This document shows positions 23,580-36,790 of a stretch of 64,000 nt of DNA, one piece after another; positions within the stretch are counted from its first letter, which is position 1; every line of letters begins with the position of its first letter. Position numbers and translations under genes: made by a program. Origin of the DNA: Octopus sinensis. Its lineage: Eukaryota. The stretch covers positions 170,190,001 to 170,254,000 of the forward strand of contig NC_042998.1 of NCBI RefSeq assembly GCF_006345805.1. Direction: 5' to 3'. The notes beneath the pieces were generated by a model that made no database searches, was not told the origin of the DNA, and saw only the letters and a program-made list of their open reading frames with translations.

Positions 23580-24650
23580 ATATATTATCATTATACATCT
23601 ACTTTCTATTCTGGTATGGGTTGACTGTGTTTCACAGTTAGAATCCATTTTTGTCTGGGGTTATTGCCCTCTCAGGTATTAGAATGGAACCATACTTGTC
23701 TTGTTTGTTTTCATTTGTCATGGTTTGTATAGCTTGATGCCCTTCCTAACACCAAGCACTTTACAGAGTGTACTGGTTGTATTTTCATGCTACCAGCTCT
23801 AGAAAGGTCATGTCCTTGACAAAATTGGATTAAAGAGTTCTTCTGAACTCTGAAATGTCACCACATATCTACCCACCCTTTTAATATATACTGGATGCAT
23901 TTTTTCTGATACCAACATCAGAAAAGTTGTCATGTTCCTATCAAGACAAGTCTTAGGATTCTTTTGAACCTGTGACACTCCCAGTCATTCATCCACCACT
24001 TCATAAGTTGCGCTTTATTTTAACACCAGTGCTTGTGAAGTTACCTTGTTCCAAGAGCCTCACTGTTCTTTGTTGTCTCCATTTGTTCAGCTTAATTGGT
24101 GGGTAGAAGAGAGGGCAATAGTAGAGGGCGGACATTGGTAGAAGAGATGGGGAGAAATGGAAGAGATAGTGCTACAGGAGTAAAAATTAGTAACAGGAGT
24201 GTGTAAAGATGGATGGATTGTAAGTGGAATATTGAAATGACTGCTAACAGGTAAAGTGTTACCTGGAGGAGTGGTAGTAACAGCCAGCAATATAGAAGGG
24301 CAGGGGTGAGGTAATGTTAACTAGTAAAGGAGAACATGGAGATGGATAGTCAAGATGAAGAGAGTGAGTGATGCGTGACTGGAAATGTGACCAGCAGAAA
24401 GTGGAGTTGATGGGGCAGTGGTGAGCAGCTCAGGAAGGTAAATGGAGAAGCTCATCAGATACCACAAATATGAAGCAAAATTTCTCCACTTAAGATTTGG
24501 AATGACACAGGTAAGAAGAGTTGCAAGATATGGACAGTGGGAGTAGGAGGGAAGGTTCAGGATGCATTTTGTGAGTGACTTGGTATGGTGAGTAGGAGAA
24601 GAGGTGATAGGTGGATGATAAGTTATAGAGTAAGCAAGGAGACTTTAGTA
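23580..24650 (-). mobile_element. Composite repeat: Penelope-like GIY-YIG remnant (~24100-24640) joined to an RTE family-A tail
   Basis: Minus strand gives ITYHP, a PFYIA-like segment and LPVSSHFN, recalling Penelope motifs LTYHP, LYIG and PVA.HFN. It continues into a degenerate family-A body. Confidence 0.45.
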
Positions 24651-25559
24651 TTTATACATATCCTGGTTTTGATCATGATTCCACTCTTTTTATGTGAATT
24701 TCACCAAGTTATACTGTAGGTCAGGTCTTCTTTACACTGCATATTGCCAGACGATACAGTCCTCAGTCATTGCTTGATGCATGCAAACATAATCCAAGCT
24801 GCTCTACATTTTGAAGGAGAAGACCCTTTGTTGCCAACAGAGGTAATAGCTCTCTGAACTTTTTGCAACCCATTCTTGTTCTATCTATTATGCTTTCGAA
24901 CACTTGTCCTAATTAGTTCACCTAGCTAAAACAAAAGCTATCAGCTACTTCAAGTAAACAGCCTGGGCATTTGAGAGAATCCATTCCCCTAATGCACTTA
25001 CTGCATAGGAAATCTACCTCCTCCGTTAGCCCACCTGTGTGTCTATTGTTTACACTGGGCACACATGAAATTTCTACCAACTCCTTTTCGAGAAATGAAG
25101 CACAGCCATTTCCTTGGTGGTATCAGAGTCCTCTTGTCCTTCCCAAATCTTTTGATTTTGCTCAGTTTACTTTATGTATACTCAATGTTTATTTTCTCTT
25201 CTACATACTGGTTTATATTTTTCTCTGCTGCCCCCTTTTTTCCAGTCATTCCAAGTCTGTTGCTTAGCTGTTATGACTTTGCTACAATATTGCTTCCATG
25301 TCATCTTTCATTTAGCTGGAACCTTACACCAGGCTCAGATCTGTTCTGTAGTCCTCAGCAGGTTGTCATATAAAAACTATCAATTTTGCTGTATGTTGCT
25401 AGTCTTTATTTCCTTTTCTGTCATAATTGATATCTTCTTAATCTATGACCAGTGGAAAGCTCTTTCAACTTTCTTGTCTTTTTTCTCCAAATCATTTTGG
25501 TCACTGGCTTGAGGTAGCTCTTATTTTGAAGTCACTGACCACTGATCTATTATGCAACC

Positions 25560-25722
25560 TCTGTCTGTCTGTCTATCTCTCTATCTATCTTTCTCTATCT
25601 CCCCCCTCTCTCTCTATCTATCTCCCTCTCTATCTACCTCCTTCTCTGTCTTTATCTCTCTATCTATCTATCTCTCTATCTATCATTCTTTCTATCTATC
25701 TATCTATCTATCTATTTGTCTG
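25560..25722. repeat. Compound (TCTG)/(TC)/(TCTA)n microsatellite
   Basis: Seen directly; it explains spurious ORFs 25445..25771 and 25552..26034. Confidence 0.9.
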
Positions 25723-27112
25723 TCTGTTTGTCAACAAACAGAAAACAGGTATGATATTCAATGCTTTATAGAATATACAAGCATCTCAGCAAAATGCTGT
25801 TTACATAACAGTTGTAGAAACATTATGCAATCTTGCACTTTGTATTCCATAGTAAACACCTGTTTTCTGTATATTATTATTTCTATTATTTGGTTCATAT
25901 TCCACATGCTAGCCTATCTTGATGTTGATGGCCTACATCGTTCTATACTGAAATGGAATGTGGAACCCACCAATAAGCCCGGTCTTTGTCTTCATGTTGC
26001 ACTTTACAGTGCCTTCTTCAATATATGTGTGTAGACATGTAGGTCATGAAGGAATATCCTCTCTGTCTGTTTCATATTACTGAAATTAATGCAGTTTGTC
26101 AAACATTCAGAATTAGTGTTCTTGTCAGTGAATCTCACTTAGAGTATCATGAGGTTTAGTTTCTCTGTGTATTTTACTGACAGTTGAATTGTGTATATTG
26201 TACTTCTAGCTTACACAGTAGTGAAGAAAGAAAGATTATATGGATGTAAACCCTATGTTGTCTTCTCATTAATAATGGGTTTGTGTGGGGGTATAAGGTG
26301 GATTTCGCTAATATTTTGTGGAACCTAGTGTTTGTCATGTTGAAAACCTATAACAGTGGCCTGTTTCAATAACATTTGTTCGTTGCAGTGACTGTATCAA
26401 AATATCATTTTCTATATATTATGATCTTGTTTTGTGGTGATTTGTTTTTTTGTTTTTTTGTTTTTTTCCCCAAAAATTATTTAACTGTGACTTGCAGTTA
26501 TAGTAAATATCTGATAGACTAGAAGCTATGTACCAAGATCTTGACTCCCAGTTTTTTTTCTCTTGGATTGTACACTAAATGAGGAACCAATAAAGCTGTT
26601 ATGGAATTAAAAATGACAATCTTGCTATGACTATTTTAAAACATTTCTTGTCATAGTAATGATGCTTTATTTGAATGCTAGTTTTTAATGAGAATGAGTT
26701 AAATTAACCATGAAGAATGTCTAGGTGTGATACTAAATAATATAATAATAATATAATAGGTGTTCAATTATTGAAACTATATCAGATTATTCCATCTTGT
26801 TTAATAAACATTTTCAATTCTCTTTTTTTAATTTTCTTTTTAATAAACTTATTAAATTACCTTAATTTTGAACAGTTGTATTTTAAGTTGCATTTTTTAT
26901 TATGATAGTATGGCTGTTTCATTGTTGATATGTCATATTTTCACAGCAAATTTCTGTGTTTTGACTCTTTGAAAACATCAATTTCAACTTTTAGTTCTCA
27001 CTCTTTATATTCTCACCAATATCTTTAATTCTCAATGTTTTGTCATTGAGTTATAGTATTTTCAGTTTATTACACACTATTAAAAAATACAAAGATTCAT
27101 TAAACATTTTAA

Positions 27113-27164
<52 letters not shown>

Positions 27165-28039
27165 TGTATGTATGAACTAGTATGATCTAAATTTTTTTAA
27201 ATAGCTGCCAACATTTTGAACTTTCCTTTGTTAACTCAAACTTCATAATGTTTTCTAAAGTTCTTAATTTTATTTGGTGATAAGTTTATAAGTTGATGAC
27301 TTATGATTTACACACTAACACATTGTAAGTATGCATGTGCATAGATATGGATTAATCATGTGTGTGTGTGTGTGTTCATACATACCCACATATTTATGGT
27401 ATATGAGGTCAACACAAAACCTAGGAATCCATATGCCCTTTCTTGATAAGCTCTCAGTATATTAGGTTAAATGATGTCCAGAGAATTAATGGAAGTCAAC
27501 AATTTGAAAATGTTGAGCTTGTGACATAAGCTGATAATTACTGTGTGTTTAGTGTAAATTTACTGTATTTAAATATTGAACAATAAATAACAAAAACAAG
27601 AACTAAAAGCATCACCTGAAACAAAAAGGTGTAAACAAATAGTGAGGGATGCTCTACACATAACCATCTGCAAGAAAAAAGCAGCCAAGTCTCTTTCACT
27701 TTACCCAGCCAACCATCTTAAAAGGAAACTCTTATTCGACACACTTTATGTAAAAAATTTAGAGACAATATAGTCATGACTAGAAGGCCTTTGGTCATAG
27801 GTCTCCTTATTCAGAGCTGACCTTTACTTCAACTACATCAAGCACCACCCGATTGTCCTACCGATGTTGACCTTTTATGTAATGTTGTAATAGTAAAACT
27901 AGTTGTAGTCATCAGTAGCAACAAATTGAAGTGTATATTTGGGTTTGTGTATGTCCAAGATTTTGATTATATATGAGACCTGTTGAGTCAAGTACGTCAA
28001 CATCAAAATAAAAATTCAAATGGAAATTGTAGTTAAGAC

Positions 28040-28313
28040 ACCCATGCCAGTGACACGTAAAAAGCACCGTCTGAACGTGGCAGATACTAGCATCGTGTTG
28101 GTGACACATAAAAGCACCAACCGATCGTGGCCGATGGCACGTAAAAAACACCCACTACACTCACAGAGTGGTTGGCATTAGGAAGGGCATCCAGCTGTAG
28201 AAACACTGCCAAATCAGACTAGAGCCTGGTGCAGCCTCCATGGCTTACCAGACCCCGGTCGAACCATCCAACCCATGCTAGCATGGAAAACGGACGTTAA
28301 ATGATGATGATGA
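28040..28313 (+). mobile_element. RTE 3'-end repeat (family A), young copy
   Basis: gtgacacgtaaaaagcacc repeats, ggcattaggaagggcatccagctgtagaaacactgcc, ending catggaaaacggacgttaaatgatgatgatg. Confidence 0.85.
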
Positions 28314-30238
28314 TATATATATATATATATATGTTATCCCTTTGTAATCTTTTTTCTTTCTTTCAACTGGAGAGCATCTCTTTAAAAAAACAAGGGAAAA
28401 CAATTAGTATATAAGAACTAGCTATTAGCATGTAAATGGATATCTATTATAGTACCAGTGATCAAATCATAATAGATGTGTGATGAAATATTTTTATTCA
28501 ATTAATTGTTAAAATATAAAGAAGCAATTGAATAGATTGTATTATAAATATTTTAAAAGACTCCACCAAGTTGCAATAATAATAATAATAATATAATAAT
28601 GCACCATATCTTCTCTCCCCTCCTGTCCTGTATGCATCATTTTTTTGCATTATGTGTCCATAACAACATAGTTGTCAACTAAGGACTTTCAGTGCTTAGT
28701 TGCTTTCTGAAATAACAAGCTGAGGCTTTTGTGTGTAAATTAATGTTGTACCTCCACTAAGTCAACTTTATCCTTTGGCATTCAGATTATTCTGTCAGAT
28801 GTAATGCTGATTTTATTCACATTATTTTGAATGCATTATCTCATTGCTTCAAAATTTCAATGATGAGATTGTTTATATTTAGAACGACATTGTAGGGTAG
28901 GTGTTAGAAGCTTTACCTGGGTGGTTTGAACATACAATAAATTCATTTATTACACATGCCTGAGAGTGAAAAACATTGTTTTAGGCTGAAACAACCATGT
29001 TTACGTTCCATCCAGTTTAAACTCTAAACTACCAGTTCTGATTATACAACCTAGAGAACAGAACTTATCCACTACTTCCATTGAGCCTGTAACACACTGA
29101 TTTCAAGTGAAGAATGTTCCTGATGTTAGCTACTGTATTTCACCTGGTACCTATTTAATTTATAAATTATTGGCTGTTTGCATTAACTGTTGGTTTCTTG
29201 CCAAACTCCTTACTTCGAAATGCTCAAGACCAATGCTTTTTGACTTTTGTCAAAATTTCAAAATTCTGTAATTTTTTGACAGAAGACCTTGGCCAATGAG
29301 TGAAATTCAGATTTTGTGTGCAGACGTTGGAAGTCGGTGTAAGAATGACTGAAGTCATTAAGATTGCGTACAAGTTGACATCTACGAGACATTCTTGTTC
29401 GAGAATCTATTAAAGAACTGATAAATGGAGGTCAAAATGTAGATTTAAGCCAAAAGGCTTCAAGTTTGACAGGCCAAGACTAAATAGTAAGAGCAACAGA
29501 ACACCAACAGCAGCAAGGGGGTAATTTTGAGCTACTGCAGAAGAGAGCAGCAACGTGTTCAGTACTGTATATGTAGTACACATAATTTATCCACTAAAAG
29601 TGTTGTAAGATCTCTGAAGGATTGATATGGACAGTCCTCTGGAATATGTAAATAGCCATATTGTGAAGGCTGTAGACACTGCAGAGGAGTTGATAGAAAT
29701 TACGAAAAGCTTGAGGTGGAATAATGCTTAGGGGTAGAGAAATAAATGTTTTGAGAACTGCTACCTCTTTGAAACAAAACAAAAAAAAAAAAAATCCCCT
29801 CTTCATAAAATAGTAAACACACATGTTAAGATATGTGTAAAAAGTGTATTCCTATCCCTTGGTAGAAGATCTGCAGTGACTGGAGAGGAGGGGGATGAAC
29901 TGTTAAACACTAAATAATTTGAGAAAGCATGAAGGCTTTCAGAAATGTAAGGAGAGATGTCTGTAAGCTATATTGCCAGATTGAAAAATTTGACAATAAT
30001 GATTTTGAAAATTCTATGAACATTTTTTTGTCATAATTTTCATTGATGCTTGCTTATATGAATATAAAAAAGCTTTTTTTGTATTCTGCCATTTTTCTTA
30101 GCTGATTATATAGAGTGCATCTATATCAGTTAGTGTCACAGTGTTGGCAGCTATTCTATCTTACAAATTTCATTTTGATAGTTGTCTTCCGTGTTTTTTC
30201 TGGATGCTGGTCTTTTAAAGTGATGTTGTGTCTTTCAG

Positions 30239-30385
30239 CAACATCATCTCCACCTCCTCCTTTTCCTCTTCCTTCTCCACTTACTCCTTCAACTGCGTGT
30301 CCTGTGGTTGCCCTGACTACTACTACAAAGAGCATCCTACAGCCGATCTCAAGTGTTACTGAGATCATTGGAATGCCGGCTATCG
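30239..30385 (+). CDS. RPRD2: RPRD2-like internal exon, 147 nt, Pro/Ser/Thr-rich (ATSSPPPPFPLPSPLTP...GMPAI)
   Basis: Acceptor tgttgtgtctttcag and donor G|GTAGGT at 30386. Phase 1-1, open frame inside ORF 30115..30483, GC content above the flanking intron, composition like the RPRD2 disordered region. Confidence 0.75.
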
Positions 30386-31862
30386 GTAGGTCAAACTTAA
30401 TAAATTTGACTACTGCTATCTCTCCTTTTTTTTTCTTTCCATATATAATTGCACACACATTTAAAAAAAAATATTTTCCTTAAATTGCTGCTCTTTTAAA
30501 TATATCCAATATCTCTCCTATTTATTCTCATATATATAATATATGCTTTTTATTGCATGAAATAGCTTATTTTACAACTTTCTTCCCTAACACCTTTAAA
30601 TCAAATAATATTGAAGAATTAAAAGAAAATAAATAAATGGCATACTATACATATGGCACTGTTTCTGCTTCTTTCCTCCTTCTTTCTCTCACTCTCCTTC
30701 TCATATTAACACTAGCTCAATGGTAAATATATTTTATATTTAACATTTTTTTTTTGCTCTAGCAACAATACTTGCATTAAAAAGGGGTGTCAGGGTTGGG
30801 ATAGATTAACAACATTTTTTAGAAAATGTTTCATATTTGAACCAGTTAGCATCCAGTGTGGACATGCTGTTAAACTGTATCACCTTTATAGCACACCAAA
30901 CCTTAAACGTGATTGCTTTCATCATCTGTACTTATTTATCTTCATTGTTTTTACTAATACACCAGTTACCACTCCTGCATAGATAGTGTTTTTGTCTGAT
31001 TGCATGGTTTCTTGCTCAATAAAATAAAATTTAAAATTATATTTTGCTTGTTTCTTTGTATTGGTATTGTTACCTGCTTGTCTCTTTTGTATTGCTATTG
31101 TTATTCGAAACTTAAGCAATACATAGTGTTGGACATGTGGCCAAATTCAGACTAGTTAGGAATATTTTTACCTCTAGATTTCTAAATCTCAGGTAATTTC
31201 TATAGAATATTTGATGATTTATTTTCTCTTATTATTGTAACTTAAATATTTTGAATGTTGCAAAGAAAACTGAGAACAGTTTTTTGATAATGATGAAAGA
31301 TCTAAGGTCAGGTCTGTTCTGATTTTCCTCCTACATTTTCTGTGTAATGATTTGTTTGGGCTGATTTGACAAGAATAATCTGTTTCATAGAAACTCAGCA
31401 TTATTGTAAATGGTGTTCTGGATATTAAAATAAAAACATATGCTTCTTAATAGGACTGTTTGGATGCAATTGAATGTTCTTATTTCACTACATGACATTT
31501 AAACTTAGCAGTTATTTTTCTCAATTTGCTAACTTTATGTTCACCAGTTTCATATATATCATCACAAGTTTCACATCTAATTTTCCATATTCATATAAAC
31601 TAATTTGTAGCTTTGTCACACAATTATATAATCATTTTTAAGTAAAGAAAGAACTAATGTTTTGCTTATATGTTGCAAATATGAGTAGATCTGCTTATAT
31701 GTTGCTAATTGAGTAGACCTGTCCAAAAAATGCTCCCTAGCCATAACCATTGATTTGTTCATTTCTTGGGATTTTTTTCTTCTTTTTTTGTGGTGGTGGA
31801 GGAGGGGCATTGTGTGTGTATCTAATGAGATATATTTTTGAAAACTGTAATATGCGATTTAA

Positions 31863-32081
31863 CCCTTTCATTACCAACCCGGCTGAAACCGGCTCTGGCT
31901 CTGTAGTACAAATGTCTTGTTTTCATAAGTTTTGAATTAAAATCTTCCACCAAACCTTAGTCACAATTTGTTCCTAACACTAACTTAATGATAACTAAGT
32001 TGTTTTACTAAATTCTCTGTTATATTTAAAATAATTGAGAGAAACACAGAGCATCTCAAAATAAATACAGTAACGAAAGGG
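31863..32081 (-). mobile_element. piggyBac-like TTAA MITE, second family
   Basis: TTAA|CCCTTTCATTAC...GTAACGAAAGGG|TTAC. A close reverse-complement copy lies at 51803-52026. Confidence 0.8.
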
Positions 32082-32190
32082 TTACAGGTTAATTTTGCCG
32101 CTATTTCTGGTATGTTATGTGACCACATAAAAACCACACTCTATGGCTTGTGCTTATACATGTTGATGGTGTTAATGAAAGTAATTTTAA

Positions 32191-32628
32191 CCTTTCAGCA
32201 TTTAAACCAATCATACCTGGTCCAAATATACCTGTTTTGTGTTTAACCCTTTAGCATTTAAACCGGCCATATCCGGCCAAAAGTATTCTGCCTGTTTTAT
32301 GTTCAAACTGGCCAGATCTGGTCTCTCACACCAACCCTACAATATCGTTTTAAAAATTAACAGCTACCTCATCAAAATCTCATAGCTACATGATAATGCA
32401 TGATTAGTTCAAAACAGTGTGGATGAAAAAGCATTAATTTTGGCAGAATAATATGAACAGTAAAGGGTTAAACTGGCTATATTCAGCCTCTCACACCTAC
32501 CTTACAATGTCATACTAAAAATAAACAAGCACATTGTCGAAATTCTCAACTCAAAAAGATAATGCATGAGTAATTCAAAAGAGTATGAATAAATAAGCAT
32601 TACATTTGACATTCAGATTGCTAAAGGG
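32191..32628 (+). mobile_element. Older TTAA MITE with a younger same-family copy nested at 32247-32467
   Basis: Outer TTAA|CCTTTCAGCATTTAAACC...CTAAAGGG|TTAA. The inner element is flanked by TTAA at 32243-32246 and 32468-32471. Confidence 0.8.
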
Positions 32629-33302
32629 TTAAAACGTTAAGCAAAATCAGTGACTTAAAATGTTAGTGATATTAATTAGCTGGACAGATAAATACTGAAT
32701 CATAGTGAAAATTAATTACAGACGCTTTCTCTTCCCCCATTACTTATTTAGATGAATTTTAATGATTCAAATGGTTGGAGTGTATTCATAATTGTTATTA
32801 TCATTATTAATTAATCAGAATAAGAAATTTTCACTTGACTAGATGCAAGCAGTGTATGAATATTCCCAGTTGAGATAAAATGAGGGTCATACTAAACAAA
32901 CATGAAAAATATGAATTAGATGTTTTTTAAGTTTGAAAATTTAATGGAAATATTTTTGTCTGAAGACTATTTAACCACTTAATAAAGAAAACAGTAAAAA
33001 AATTGGGAAATAATTTCAATTTAACGGAAATATTAGTGCATGAAACACTCCTAGAAACATTTGTGAAAATGGATCCATCTACTTTGGTATCTTTTATCTT
33101 ACTTGTTTCAGTCATTGGACTGCAGCTTCATTGGGTCATTGCTTTGGAAGGTTTAGTCAAGCAATTTGACTCTAATACCTATTCTATTGGTCTCTTTTGC
33201 CAAACTAAGTTATAGAGGCGTAAACAAACTGGTGATGGTGGAAAACACAATGATACACTCATATATATGGATCTCTTTCTTACACTCTTCTCCCTCTCTC
33301 TC

Positions 33303-33342
<40 letters not shown>

Positions 33343-33343
<1 letters not shown>

Positions 33344-34398
33344 GAGGGGCGTTCAATAAGTAATGCCCCTGACCCACTTCCCATAGCAGTAGAGCAACGA
33401 AACGATGGGGGAATAGTTCATAGCCGCACGCCTGTGCTTCTGATCTGGCGACACGCGAGTTGTGGACCAGAGCGTTGTCCTGCAGGAGGAGGATGCCTTT
33501 GCTGATCTTGCCCCGCCTCTTGGTTTTGATAGCTTCTCTTAATTTCCTCAAAAGTGAAGCATGATAGGCTCCTGTAATTGTGGTACCCTTTGCCAGGAAA
33601 TCTGTCATCACTACTCCATCCTGGTCCCAGAAGACTGTGAGCATGACCTTGCCAGCGGAGGGCTGCACCCTTGCCTTCTTTGGAGGAGGTGAGTCATGGT
33701 GCTTCCACTGCATTGACTGGGCTTTGGTCTCTGGATCATAGTGATGGACCCAGGTCTCATCCTGTGTAATCAGACTTTTGAAAAATTTTGACTCATCTTC
33801 TTGGCACATCCCTAAATTCATCCTCGAGCACTCAACGCGTTCTTGCTTCTGGAAAAGTGTGAGCAACCTGGGAATCCATCTGGCAGACACCTTTTGCATA
33901 TGCAAATGGTCATGAATGATAGTTTCCACAGACCCGGTACGAATCTTGACCTCATGGGCTATTTGGCGAATAGTTATGCGTCGATCTTCCAAAATGACAG
34001 CCTCAACTTGACGGACAGATGCCTCATCAATGGCAGAAGGAGTGCGACCAGATCTGGGAGCTGTTTCCACAGAGTTCCGACCATGTTTGAATTCACGATG
34101 CCAGCGTTTTACAAGGTCATATGATGGGGCATCATCACCATAAGTTACTTTCATTTCATCAAAAGTCTCCTGTGGTGTGCGTCATTTCAAATACAAAAAC
34201 CGGATCACTGCTCGACACTCAACAGGCTCCATTTCCCACTTGACTCATTTCAAACACATGTAAATCCGAAACCACAATTAGTTCGGAGCTGTAATTTGCC
34301 ACTTAATCTATAGAGATATGAATAATTGCACATGCAAAATTTCAGCTAGATCAAACAACGGAAAGTGGGTCAGAGGCATTACTTATTGAACACCCCTC

Positions 34399-34399
<1 letters not shown>
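33343..34399 (-). mobile_element. Mariner transposon (irritans-like CGAGGG ends), 1057 bp, defective transposase
   Basis: About 40-bp TIRs CGAGGGGyGTTCAATAAGTAATGCCyCTGACCCACTTyCC flanked by TA repeats. ATG at 34232, TGA at codon 17 (34184-34182), then ORF 33306..34154 with WIPRLL, QDETWVHHYDPE and LLQDNA. The C-terminal YSPDLAP/third Asp is deleted. Confidence 0.95.
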
Positions 34400-34476
<77 letters not shown>

Positions 34477-34764
34477 ACACACACACTACAGGCCAGGACT
34501 ATTACAGTAGAGGGCACTTGCCTGAGGTACCACACTGGGACTGCACTCCAAACCTCAGGGTTAGGATGCAAGTTTCTCAATCAAATCTGGATGTCAGTTT
34601 GTGTGCTATTTAATTTTCAAAAGATCCCATTTTAAGTGTTTGTATCACATACTAACACATTATATGGAACTGAGTTTTCTAAATGTGTGAATTATTTAAA
34701 GTACCTGTTAGGATGATAGTGATAAGAAACAAAATTGCAGAAATTCTTATTAGAATTATTATAT

Positions 34765-35240
34765 CACCATCATCCTTTAACGTCCATCTCAAAGCTGGCA
34801 TGGGTTGGATGGTTTGACTAGAGCTGGCTAACAGGAGAGCTGCACCAGGTTCCTGTCTGATTTGTTTTGGTTTCAATGACTGGACACCCTTCCTAATGCC
34901 AATCCTTTTACAGTTTGTGCTGGATGCTTATAACATGGCACCGGCACAGGGATCTTACAGGCTAAACCTCTTCATCAGGGAGAACGGAATTAACATTTCC
35001 GCTGTAAAGGATAAGCTTTCTTGAGTACCGCAAGGTGTCAGATAACTCAGTCCTTTGTCATCTCCTCCATAAGGTTTAGTGTCCTGAGGTCATCATTCAA
35101 TACGTCATCCTATGTCTTCTCTCTTCCACAAGTTCCATCCACTTTGAGTGATTGGCACTTCATAGAGCTGTTGATATTCAGCCGTATCACATGACCAAAC
35201 CGCACAGTCTTCTCTCTTGCACACTGCATCTAAACTCCCA
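34765..35240 (-). mobile_element. RTE LINE 3' fragment (C-terminal codons plus family-A 3' UTR)
   Basis: Minus strand gives a degenerate RLRWFGHV-like segment and ...DDVLNDDLRTLNLMEEMTKD, continuing into the family-A tail. Confidence 0.7.
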
Positions 35241-36239
35241 TTATACTAGCTTTTGATTATAATTGAGGTTTATATTAAAATATGGAGCAAGTAGGAATTT
35301 GTTTACTTGCTTTGCTAAGGACCAATTAGCTTATGGTTTTTGTTTTATCTTTTACCTGTTTAACTTAAATAGTTGTTGAATTGTATCATTGGAGTAGGAT
35401 TTCAAATACTTGATGCCTGGTTCTATGATTAGAACATCAGGCTTACAATTATGAGGTGCTGAGTTTGATTCCTGGACTGAGTTGTTGTGTTGTGTTCTTG
35501 AGCAAGACACTTTATTTCACATTGCTCCAGTACACTCAGCTGTAGAAATAAGTTGCAACATCACTGGTGCCAAGCTGTATTGGCCTTTCCTTTGGACAAC
35601 ATTGGGGGCATGGAGAGGGGAAGCTGGTATGCATCGGCAGTTGCTGGTTTTCCATAAACAACCTTGCCTGGACTTGTGCCTTGGAGGGTAACTTTCTAGG
35701 TGCAATCCCATGGTCATCATGACTGGAGGGGATCTTTACCCTTTACCCTTATTTAATATAAATATAAATAAATGAATTTCAAGTTATTTTAGTAGACCAT
35801 TAAAAAATTATTTTATTTTACTTTTCAAAGATTAAAATATACATGTTAGAAGTATAAACATGAAGGAGTTAAATCTTCATGTTGGCTGAGTTTATCAGTT
35901 TATCGCTATCAATACTGTGGTTTCATTGCCAAGCAATTACTCTGCTTTCTAAGCTCTTCTGTTGCTTAGATTTACTTTATAGAAAAGTAATCCAACTAAG
36001 TTACTCTTTCTCTCCTCTCTCTCTCTCTGTTAAATATTAAACTGGTTCCTCTTTACTTTGTTATAATTTCTGTAAGTTTTAGGAAACACTTCTTGCTGAT
36101 TAGGTAAAAAATACAATAGTTCATCCCTCTATCCATCTGCTCTGCCTACAATTTCCGGAAGGGTATGTGTGGGTACAGTCTAAGCACCTCCTCTATAGAG
36201 TCCTATCAGAAGCAACTATCATTACAATTTCTTGCTGGA

Positions 36240-36790
36240 TTCTCAAGTATGATCAGCTGAGATTATGGATGCTATCCAACCATCTCATTCTTAGTCTACT
36301 CTAGTTCTCCTGCCAGTTGGTTTGGCCTGAAAGATCTGTGATTCTTTCTAGTCACATTCTAATCACATGCCCATAGCAGCAAAGTTGTGACCTCTTAATG
36401 CAGAGAAGTAGCAGCTCAACCTGGAGAGTCTCTGATTGCTAAGCTTTACCCGCTTACATTTTCTATTGTCCTTTATCAGTCGTTACCCAGTATTCATGAC
36501 TATAAATGAGGGTAGTCATGTAAACTATATTAAAAGTAGTGAGTTTGGCATTTTTGCCAATCTCTTCCCTTTTGAAGACTGAATGCTGAAGATTACTGTG
36601 CCAACACCTGCAATTCTGGAATTTAATTCAGCCTCCTGCCTTCCGTCACTTGTGAATATGGCTCTGAGATACCTAAACTACTTCACTTGTCTCAGTGATG
36701 TTCCACTAACATGCAGAGTGTACTAGGAAGACTTTCTTGAGAGGACCAATGTCTCAGTCTTTGCAACAATAAATTTCATTGCAAATAAGT
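36240..36790 (-). mobile_element. Decayed RTE LINE fragment (post-RT region)
   Basis: Minus-strand pieces resemble FRYLG..FTSDGRQEAELNSRI and a YGHV motif typical of RTE elements. Many stops and frameshifts. Confidence 0.55.
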
